Both the position numbers and the translations under genes were made by a program. A stretch of DNA of 64,000 nucleotides from contig NIVC01000984.1 of NCBI GenBank assembly GCA_002269645.1, positions 124,001 through 188,000 of the forward strand, written 5' to 3'. Numbering within the stretch: the stretch's first letter is position 1; every line of letters begins with the position of its first letter. The notes under the pieces are model-generated. The model saw nothing but the letters and a program-made list of their open reading frames with translations. It had not been told where the DNA came from and searched no databases. Below, one piece after another: positions 36,568 through 47,900 of this stretch. Origin of the DNA: Macrostomum lignano. Its lineage: Eukaryota.

Positions 36568-37147
36568 TCAAGCCGGCTGCGATTCAGCGCCAGCGCCTCG
36601 CGCGCCTCCGGCTCGCTTCCGTTCGCGCCTGCGCGCTTTCCTCTGCCTGCGCCGGAGTTTGCGCCTCTCCCGGCGCTGACGCTTGCACTCGGGCGTGCTG
36701 CACTTGGAACGTCGGCCGGCCTTTCTGCCGCCCTTCCGGCGGCCTTTGCGGCCTTTGCGGCCTTTGCGGCCTTTGCGGCCTTTGCGGCCTTTACGACCTT
36801 TACGGCCTTTCCGGCCCTTCCGGCCCTTCTTCTTCCTTCGGCCGCGGCGCTTCCGGGCGCCACTGGGGCTGGCTTCAGATCCGGCGCTGGCGCTAAAAAT
36901 AAAAATAAATGAATGACAATTCAAGGTGATCGAAAATCAATAGAATGGCGCCTATTATTAGTACGGTCCAGCATTACAGATAGACTTACACTTCAGGCCG
37001 CTGATTTCCGGTCTGAAGTGCGCCGCCTGCTTCAGGAGCCAGAAGCTGCAGCGGCTGTCGGCCAGAGGCTGGAGCCGCCTCACAGACGAGGCTGTAAGCG
37101 GCAACGCTGGCCGCAACGACCAGGGCCAGTGTACAAAGGCCCTTCAT
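36568..37147 (-). CDS. Secreted polycationic GRK-repeat protein, 160 aa; join(complement 37147..36990, 36892..36568)
   Basis: Exon 1 encodes the signal peptide MKGLCTLALVVAASVAAYSLVCEA and ends GT|gtaagt (phase 2). The 97-nt intron has a T-rich acceptor (tttatttttatttttag). Exon 2 resumes in phase and encodes RKRRGRRKKK(GRK)9..CSTPEC..RRERRKLRRRQRKARRRERKR. All nucleotide variation among GRK units is at third codon positions. Confidence 0.88.
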
Positions 37148-37299
37148 GTGCGCGCGTCTTTGACTTTTTAAAAAAGTAAATGTGTATTATAATCTTTTGC
37201 TTCGAATAGCTGTCCGGTTCGACTCTTGAACGGTAGCAATTTAGTTTTCTGAATGCTGTTGTGGGCTTGACTTCTGTTGTGGCCTTAAATATGAAACTT

Positions 37300-37640
37300 C
37301 ATAGAGCGAAAGGGACGGGGAGGGAGGGTTGACGGAGACGAAAGGAAAGGAAAGGGAAGGGAAGGCCTTGGGTTTGGCGGCAGCGAGACTGAGGACCCAT
37401 GCAAAGGGGAGAGTGTGGAATCGGGGGGCTCAAGAGAAGATGGAGGCTTAGGAGCCAATGTGCAAACGAAAGAAGGATGAATCGAAGGAATTTAGCCCAT
37501 GCAGGGTTGGGTAATGTGATGACTAGGCGCCGCGTCCAGCCAGCCCCTCCTCCCCAAGTCCACACAAGACCCAAACCCTCGCTTTGAAGGCAAGAGGTTT
37601 TGCAGTTTCTGCGTTTGCTGTACTCTGAGTAACTGAACAT
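37300..37640 (-). mobile_element. Possible LINE 3' end (C-terminal codons plus pyrimidine-rich 3' UTR)
   Basis: The minus strand reads ITLPNPAWAKFLRFIL, followed by a CT-rich tract. Only a weak resemblance. Confidence 0.3.
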
Positions 37641-38917
37641 TTAGTTAGTAACCTTGTACGCCTCGTCACGTGCGACCGATGCGGACCGCTGGGCCCGCGT
37701 CGACTTCGTCGCTCTTGATGTCGCCCGATCTATCCGCACAACCTTCCCTCTGCTCTCTCCCTCCTTCCATCTACATGTTATTGGGCGAGCCGAGCGTGTG
37801 TTCTTGCATGAAGCTGGGCACATTAGCACTTTTCACCCATCTGGCTGCAGTTAACTTATAGAGTTCCCTACAGAAAGCGAACTCGATACCTCCTATAAGT
37901 CGTGAGACCTACATGTAACTACTGTATAGCGTGTTGCTGGTCTGGTTGTTGCTAATGAGACCTATGCTCGTTCTACTATGCGGTCTACATGTACGAGCGA
38001 TACGTCTACTACATATATTAGCCAATGCACCTTCCTTTGGTGTACGGCAGATGAACTAGACATACCGATAGAAGAAAAACGATCGAGCCTTTCAATCCGC
38101 CATTGAACACAGCATGATATGCGACGCATCGATAGAGTTCGTCAAGAGATATTGATTTATCAATACAGATGCTCATGGTTCAAGTGCGATGCTATCAAAC
38201 TATTATGCTGTGTCGCTGAGACAGTACATGTACATGTACGAGCGTATTTTGATCTTGTTATGTACCAAGAAAAAATTGAGGGGGGACAATTCTTAGTTAA
38301 TTATATATTAAACTTCTAAAAAATTGGCAAATTTATATCATGCATTTTTAAGTAAAAAATCTATAAAAACGGGACAAAGGGGTGTGGTAAATAATTTTGG
38401 CACCAGCTGATGGACCATCCCCCCCGTCCCCCCGTCCCCCCTGGATCCGGGAATGTGGAAATTTAGTATTACTAACACAGTTGGTCGTTGCGCGTTATAG
38501 TTACATTATTACTACATCGTTACTTTTCCATCTTGCTTTCCAATCGACTTAAGGCGAGCCTAATAGCTGCATTTATATATTTAGCAATATAACTTACTTG
38601 CGGAGAATCACAAAATTCCCAATTTCCTATCGAATCGATCAACTTTCAAGCCGACATCCCTTTTAGTATTTAGCTACTGTTCGTTGCCAATCAAATCGAT
38701 TTTAGACTCATAAAATAATAATTACCAATTAACTAACTAAAAATAATCTTTTTTGTTATTATAAAATCTTTCATCTGCTGATGAACTACAAATATTTGCT
38801 TTAATTTATTTTACTAAGATTTTCTCGTTTAAAATAGGAACCAGCGGTAAATTATTATTCTTTTCAGCGAGGCTGATTGTTGCGCGGTAGTTCACTGTAA
38901 ATTTTTCCTACCTGTCC

Positions 38918-41900
38918 ATGTCCGTATTTACATTAGAATATTGTTACACAAATATTTTTGCTATTGTAAGTACCTTTCAATATTTCCTGCATTTTTTGTC
39001 ATTTTGTGTTCACTATTATTTGCTCTTTTGCAGCCCTTTTTGCTTTGAAAACTGCTGACATGCCACCATTTGCTTTTGAAAGTAAAGCAAAATAATTTTA
39101 ATCAATTAAATTTCAATTTTTGGTGAAAACCGATACTTATCTTTGCTCTTAATGACAAAATTTCACTAATTAGGCCCTAGCCCTATCCATTTTAGCCCTA
39201 TTAAGTATAACCATATTTATGTCAATGGTAAAAGTATGTATTAAAAATGTGGCAGTTGTTATTGTTATGGTGACTGTATAAATATTCAAACAGATATTTT
39301 TACAGTAAATGAATAAGGCACTATCTGGGCCAAATGCTAAGGTTTTAACTTAATAAAACCATATAAATAGTAAAACTGTTATTTTAATTTTTAGGGTCAT
39401 TATACATAAGAAGCAAAATGGCTATTTTTATATCGTCATGGGGAAGAAATTCAATTTATAATAATTAGTTAACAATTAGTGACAAGAACTACTATATACA
39501 TTAATAACATATTTGTTTAATTCTTTAAATTCTCTTATTATTTGCACTGCAAGTTTCTTATTTAATTTAGAACTATCTTTCTATTGATATGGTCATTGCA
39601 ACAATAACAACTGCTTAAAAATTTTTGTCTATAATATCTAAATGTCAATATAATTTAATAAATTCAAGTTATTGTTTATTGCAACCAAGGCATAAAAATA
39701 CTATTATTATGATATTTGTATTAGTTATAAGACTAATGACAACTTAAAGCAATGCCAATACTAACTAAATATCAAATTGGTAGGAACCCATAGTCAGGAT
39801 GATTGAAATTACGCCAGAAATTTCTGGTGTACAATTGAAAATTTTACTTTTTTTGATGTACAATTAGCGTAAAAAATGAGGCAAAATATATTTGGCATAC
39901 CTTTTGGCGTGATGCCGTGGCGTAAATATGCCAAGTAGCATATGCCAACTACAACCTTCATGCCAAAGTTAATATTAACAATTGTTGGCATAATGCCATA
40001 ACCTCAGAATCTTATTATAAAATCATAAAAACTGTAAAACTCATTAGATGAAAGTTCATAACTATTTGTGACTTATAAAAATTTAAAATTCCATGCAAAC
40101 TAATTGTGATAATTTTCTAAAACAAACTTAAACAAAAAAATGATTTTTGTTAGCATTATCTATAAGCCAATTTACTTTAAATGAAAACCACACATTTGTT
40201 AAATTTTTATTGTTAAAAAATGTGTAACATGCAAAACAGGTCATTTATTGTCGCAAAGCCTAGAAAACCTAGCGTAAGTTCCTAGGACCTTGGCGTACGT
40301 TTCAGTATGAAGTGGCATAGATTTTTTTAGGGGACTTTTTATTCTGGCATATACCATGACATGATCCTGACTATGGGTAGGAACTAGTCTAATATATCAA
40401 TTTCATTAATAGCCTTATATATATACTTTGTATATCTTATATTGCTATAATACATAGTTAAATTAACTAATAATTATAATAAAATATGCTAAGGATTCCA
40501 AAAACTAGTTAATGAAAACAAAATCTTTTCACCCCATTGAGCTTTGGGGTTGGAATTTTATAATACCTAGTGTTGTATCAATTATTTAAAGAGATCTAAG
40601 GCATTATTAATGCTGATGCTTTTAATATTTTGTGTTGTGTCATATATAAAGTTAGCCTAATAGATAAAGTAGGGCAAGAGTTGTAAAATGTCTCTAATGT
40701 CAAATGATTTTTAGAAAGGGAATAAGGATATTGATTCCCTAGGGAATTATCTTATCTAGAACCCGGGGAATTTACTGTCATTCCCTGGGGACCCCTGGGA
40801 AAAGATAAAAATAAGTAAAATAGTGGATAACTTAGAATCTTAGATCAAAGTAGAATTTTATAAACTTTAATTTAAGGTTTGTACTACATGTTCAAGGCGC
40901 AAAGGCAAGGGTAAAAACTTTGGGTTTGGAATTAAATGATGGCATCAAACTGTTTTTTCCATATTCCAAAAATTATAATGAGCACTTTTCCACAAAGCAG
41001 TTTGAGATCATGCTTTTTAGTCCTTCGGCTATAACTTACTTATTTCAAATGTTTAAGAATTGAAAACTTCCACACTTGTGTATCTTTGAATTGCGCATCA
41101 ATTGGTGTATAGTATTTATTGCACCAATAGTTATGTTACTTATCCTATGATCATGATAGCTGTACCTAATTATAAGTATTTTACTACAAGCAAGCAATTT
41201 AATAATCAGTGTGGAAACCTAGTACTAAAAGATAGTTTTCTCAATACTCTATGGTTTAAACCATGGACTTGCAGCAACCAAGTTAGTAATTTAAGCACTC
41301 ATTTAGTTATTTCCAGTCACTGTCACAAAAAACATTGTATCTAGGGTATAAAGCAATAAATCACAAATAGTTAAAGAACATAAACAGAGCAAAATTAAAC
41401 AAACTAAACTGACAACTGATGGGATACAAAATTAGCATAATCAGGTCTTACATAGAAAAGTAAGTCAGTCATTCAAATTAGCTTGTTTAGGCATTCTGTC
41501 AATTGGTAGCACCATTAGATAGAATACACAGCCTGTGGCTTCACTTTCAGCCATTTTGAAATGTAGGCAGTGTTATCATCCCTCTCAATTGCACTTGATC
41601 AAATTGTACTTTGTGTTACTTATCTTGTTGTAGAGGCCATGTGCTGTGATATTGTTCTAATGTTTTATCTGTAGTAACAAAGCCTAGCCCATCTCCCCAT
41701 CTTCCTTTAAAGGTCATTGGATTCCCTTTCTTCTAGCATGCTGAATCAGTATATCTTTTTGCAGCCAAAATGGCACTAAAGACACTGAAAATGACTTAAT
41801 GAGTGCTTTAATTATTAAATTGATTGCTCTAATGACCTCTGGTTTAGACCATAGACTAAAAAAGTCTATCTTTAAGCATTGCTTTCTTTACTGGTTATTA

Positions 41901-44900
41901 AATTGATTATTAATATTATCAAAATGGTTTTCAAAAAGCTATATTAATGCCTGGGGCCAATTTCATAAAAAAACTACAAGTGACAAGTGACAAGTCGACA
42001 AATGACAAATGACAAGTGTCAAGCGTCAACAATTTTGGTTTCATAAACATCACACGTTACTAGTGTTAAAAATAACTCACTTGTGTTTCAATGGTTGAAC
42101 CACCTTATAAAATCGATTGAGCCTTTTGATCACAGACCAAAATCTTTGGAGTTATGTTTTGCTTTGCTTTGATAGATTTGCTTAAATGATGGCCTCTGTG
42201 TTCTTCTCAGTTTGTAATACTTTATTTACTGCAATGAAAGACAAAGAGGAAGCAAAGATTTTTTTGCTAGATCGTATCCAGACCAATAGGGAAGTTTTGT
42301 TTGGAAAGTTCATTAGGGCTGTAAAGCTGTTAGGGGTTTGTTACTGAGCGTACCATGTTCAATCACTGGACCAATAGTTTGTAAAAGAGTCTCCACCTGA
42401 TCCATTCTGGGATAGAAGCATTCGGAAAATTTAAGGCCCTGAGGCTGAAAGTTGATTCATTCTTTAAAAACTCTTTGCACAGGTCCTAGAGCCACTAGGA
42501 ACTCTAATTCTTCATCTTCGCTATCGGACATGAAAAGATAAAACATAAGAAAACAATTTGATAAAAGCTACAAGTGTTACAGTGACTTGTCAAAAACACA
42601 TGACAAGAGGAAGTATTTTTACACAGAAGCATCCAGCTTAGTGCATGTCTATAGACGAAAATCCCAAACAAACACTTGTAATTTGTCAAATTTTGCTTGT
42701 CACTTGTCACTTGTAATTTGTCAAGTTGTAGTTGTTTTTTATGAAATGCATTATTTTTTGGACTTGTCACTTGTAATTTGTCCAACAAGTGCTTTATGAA
42801 ATAGCCTCCTGGTAAAGTTTTTATTTAAAAACCAAGATTGTAATATGTTTATTTCATACAAAACTTGTCTAGCTTCTTTAACAGTTACATATTTGTGCAA
42901 TAGATGTGTATATTAATATTGGTAGACTAAATGTTTTATAAATGGCTTAATTTGAATTTCTTGGCCTATTTATAGAAACATTTACCAACTTAATATCCTT
43001 TATATGCTTTATATGCTTTTGCTACCACATGGAGTTAGTCATAGTTTATAGTTGGCATTGGACACTACATACATGCACAGTTTGGTATCAAAGGCAGAAG
43101 TCACATGACAAGATCCAGGCTAATTTTTGTGCACAAGCCCCAAATTAATGTGCAATTAGAGAGCATTCTATAAACGCACCCCTCCAAATCAACCCCTATA
43201 TAGGCCTCCCTAAAGGAGATTCATTATCGCCGGTACCGAATAGCACAGCCAGTAGAGAGTGCGCACACCTGCTCCGATCCGGTGTTTAGCAGCTTCGCAA
43301 AATGCCAACGCTGCGGCATTTTGTCAGCCTGGAAGCGCTACCTACCTGACACTGGCGATCCCAGCAAGCCGTACGATTATGGCAATTATGAGAAGGAATT
43401 ATGGGTATTCTGGCATGGCGGCCACGACCCGCCTCAGCTGCGGGACAGTCTGGCGCACGATCTCACACCGTGGTCAGACAGCTCGGATGGCGGCGGCATC
43501 AGCTACGAGGTTCGGACTATGCTATTCAAAGCAGTGCATAATTGCATCGAGCGCTGTTTAACTGGCAAAGGCTACGTTCGACTAGGCCAATGGTTTGTCC
43601 GGCCGCTGGTGCCCGGCCTCTGTTTGGATCCGGCTGTGACGCAACAGTTCAGTCTGGCTTTGAACTATTTCCTGCACGGCGAATCTGTCTGCGCCGCTGT
43701 TGATGCTAAACTATATCCCCCTGTAAGCTAATTTAATACTCCTTTGCAGCAGCTTTACTAACTCACAATACCTCCCGCCATTGAGATTTGTTAAATAGAA
43801 ATTACCGTTGAGATTCATCTGATCATTAATCTTCTCTTGTGAAACTAGATTACAATCTTACCAGTTGAGTTTTGATGCTTCAAAATAATCCTCACCGCTC
43901 GGTTTATAATATCCCCTTGTGAGATTTGTTAGCCCATCTCACAATATCCCCTTGTGAGATTTGTTAGCCCATCTCACAATATCCCCTTGTGAGATTTGTT
44001 AGCTCAGCTCACAATATCCCCTTGTGAGATTTGTTAGCTCAGCTCACAATATCCCCTTGTGAGATTTGTTAGCTCTGCTCACAATATCCCCTTGTGAGAT
44101 TTGTTAGCCCATCTCACAATATCCCCTTGTGAGATTTGTTAGCTCAGCTCACAATATCCCCTTGTGAGATTTGTTAGCTCAGCTCACAATATCCCCTTGT
44201 GAGATTTGTTAGCTCAGCTCACAATATCCCCTTGTGAGATTTGTTAGCTCAGCTCACAATATTCCCTTGTGAGATTCTATTTAATGCCTGTGTGCCCAAT
44301 TGAATCAATCGCTTGTCTTAATTCAACCACAATACCCAACCATGAAAATGCAGGTACACAGCCTGACCAAGCAGCAGTGCCAGGCTCGGACTCCCGTCAT
44401 TCTGTCTCCACACGGCATTGCTGGCGAACTCACTGGCCGAGAATGGGATTCACAAAATCAGATTGAATCCCTAGTCTGGCGCGAGTTCTTTCCTCACGTT
44501 CGCACCGATCGCGGCTTTGTTGAGGTGGCCGTCGGGCAGCATCGCCTCTGGTACCCGGTGGATCTTCTGTTCGCCACCCAGGCGCCGCTGCCGCCGGAGC
44601 CGCTATCCCAGATTGAGCTCAATCTGGCTGCCGAATCATCAGCAGATGCCTGTCTGCAACACCTGCTCGGCTGTCAGGGCTCGGATGCTAACGGCGTGCA
44701 TCAGCAGCAGCAGCAGCAGCGCTGCACGTGTCGCAGGCGCACAAAGCCGCGCCCGGCACTGACCAGCGCCTATCACAATCGTTTCTTTCAAGCCACCGAG
44801 CGGACTGTAGACCGAGAACCGGCTATGCCGACGCTTAGCCCGCAGGAGCCACTCAGCGTTGAAGAAAGCGAAGCCGCAGCCGCCGCCGCCTCTGGGGCAG

Positions 44901-47900
44901 CCTCCATCCCAACGGCTGATGGCGTCGGGCAACAGCCGTCGTTAAAAGGCCTGCCAAAAAGTGAGCCAATCTCGCCGCCGGCCGCCGCGTCAGTTGAAGC
45001 AGCAAAGTCTCAGGGCGACGGCGTCGGACTGATGGACGACGAGTCGCAACAGCAGCAGACCCAGGCGGCCGCCGCTTCTGCGCTTGCCGAATCTTCGTCG
45101 AGTCGGCCAGCTTCGGTCAAGACGCCGCAGTCTCAGCCAACTGGCAGCGAGTCTCAGCCCGCTTCGGCCGCCGCCGCTGCAGCCGCCCCGACGCCGCCCC
45201 TGCCGCCTCCGCCTCCCCCACCGCCGACATCCTCTGCCCAACAACAGCAGCAACAGCAGCCGCCACCGCTTCCCGCCTCCTCGATGCCTAACGGTCAAGC
45301 TAGCAGTGTTGCAGCCGACTCACTGTTGGAGCCTGGCCTCGGCTGGCTTTCCGTAGTGCAACAATCGCTGCGCAAGCGGCCGCTACCGCAGCTGGAGCCT
45401 TGGGAAGCCGATCTGAACGATTCTGGGCACGACGTTGTTAGCGAACTGCCCGAATGGACATCGCTGGCTGCATACGCTAAGCACGCTCGGCTCCTGCTAC
45501 CAGCTCGCGGCATTTTGAACGGTCCCGCTAGCAGTGCTAATGCGACTGCCGCTGGCTCCGTAGGCGGTAGCGGCGCTGCCAGCGGCGTCGCTTTACCTAT
45601 TGACGATTCGGCTTCGCCTTCGGGCATTGGTTCCCTAGTCGGCCTGAGAAGTTCGCCTAGTAAAGCCGGTTTGTCAGCCGACTCTAAGTCAAGTAAGCTT
45701 TTCATCATTGTATAATTTTTATTCATTATCTATTATTTGATTCATTCTCTTTATACTCGTATCCGACCTCTAGTTCGATTTGCTATTTTCAATATATCGA
45801 AGCAATCATCCCAAAAATTTCAGCCGCCGTGTCTCTGAAGAGCGAAGACATACTTAAAGTAGAGAATCTGCAGATGCAAAGCATTTTTGAAGTTGAATCG
45901 CCAGAACCCGTGAGTTGGTGGCTCTTTTTCTTATTTATTACCTTCTGTAGCCCAATCATTTTTGTTGCTCTTTAAATCTTTTAAAAGACTTGGCAACCAA
46001 GAAGCAACAACCCTATGGAAAATCGCCTCCACACCACAACACCCTATGTAATATCGCCTCCATGGCACAACACCCTATGGAAAATCGCCTCCATGGCACT
46101 ACACCTTATGTAATATCGCCTCCATGCCACAACACCCTATGTAATATCGCCTCCATGGCACAACACCCTATGGAAAATCGCCTCTATGGCACAACACCCT
46201 ATGGAAAATCGCCTCCACACCACAACACCCTATGGAAAATTGCCTCCATGCCACAACACCCTATGTAATATCGCCTCCATGGCACAACACCCTATGAAAA
46301 ATTGCCTCCATGCCACAACACCCTATGGAAAATTGCCTCCATGCCACAACACCCTATGGAAAATCGCCTCCATGGCACAACACCCTATGGAAAATTGCCT
46401 CCATGGCACTACACCCTATGGAAAATCGCCTCCATGGCACTACACCCTATGGAAAATTGCCTCCATGGCACTACACCCTATGGAAAATCGCCTCCATGGC
46501 ACTACACCCTATGGAAAATCGCCTCCATGGCACTACACCCTATGGAAAATCGCCTCCATGGCACTACACCCTATGGAAAATCGCCTCCATGGCACTACAC
46601 CCTATGGAAAATCGCCTCCATGGCACTACACCTTATGTAATATCGCCTCCATGCCACAACACCCTATGGAAAATCGCCTCCACACTCGCACCCGCAACGC
46701 TTTGCAGTTGGACAACGCAAACGCCACTTGCGAAGGCCCAGGCTTACACGGCAATCCGTCCAGCAGCGGATGCGTCATCGGTGGCACCTCCATGGCCTCC
46801 TGCGGCGGCTCCGGCACGCTGCCCGCCTCAGACTTGTGTCGGATCTACCCGACCCCGCCCTCTCTAGAGAATCACATTCACCCGTCACCTGCGCCGGAAA
46901 CCGACCAGGCCAATATGCTCAGTCCTGCTGCTGCGGCCGCTGGACACCATCACCACCACCATCACGCCTCGGCCGACTGCGGATCTGGCCCCGATCTAGC
47001 TAACGACGACGATTGGAGCTTCTTGACCTCGCAGCGTCATCAGGGCGGCAGTCTGGGCCAATTATTTACTGCCCAGAATCCTCCGATGCCTCATCTATCG
47101 ATTGTGTACGTACCGGAGCTGCCACAGACGCATCGGCCGCATCGGGCTGCTGCGGCAGCTGCTGGCCACGCAGGCGGTGGGCACTACGGCATTGGCCAGC
47201 AGATTGCTGCAACACCTTCGTCGGCCTCTGTCACCGCTGTCGGACACATGCCGGCCGGAACGCCGGTCACGCCCGGTTCATTCGCCGCGGTGGCAACGCC
47301 GGTCAGTGTCCGGACGCCCGGACCGGCGGGCACGCCGTGCGGTTCGATTGTTGGCGAACAGCTGGACCAGTCTCAGCTGTCCACAGGGCATCAGTCTATT
47401 CAGGCGTCTCAGGCGCAACCGGTTGAAGCGCTGAGATTAAATTTGTTGCTATCTGACTCACTGCTTTGTCTGTGCCGAGATCAGGTACTTTCTTAGATTT
47501 TTGGGTTGTTATCATGCTTGGTTAAAATCTTAACTGGCTCTACTCTACGGCAATTGCATTCCAGTATCCTCGATTAGCCACCACCCTTCCAAACCCTCAG
47601 CTGTTGAGCCACACTCCCATATCCTCAGTTGCTGGGCCAGCCTGTCAGATCCTCAGTTGCTCGGCCAGCCTCCGATATATTCAGTTGCTGGGCCAGCCTC
47701 CCAGATGCTCAGTTGCTCGGCCAGCCTCCGATATATTCAGTTGCTGGGCCAGCCTTCCAGATCCTCAGTTGCTGGGCGACCCTCCCAGATGCTCAGTTGC
47801 AGGGCCAGTCTCCCAGATCCTCAGTTGCTGGGCCAGCCTCCCAGATACTCAGTTTCTGGGCCAGTCTCCCAGATCCTCAGACTGAGCCATCACCCTAGAA

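Noticed and set aside
36540-36863. Histone H1-like (KAA)n reading of the GRK exon
   Set aside because: It is the wrong phase for the upstream exon, and the unit variation is non-synonymous in this frame but synonymous in the GRK frame.
46186-46707. N-terminal repeat part of the 436-aa ORF as MED13 coding sequence
   Set aside because: It is a 31-bp intronic array. A phase-compatible acceptor at 46707 and the small exon 45824-45909 give a coherent model without it.
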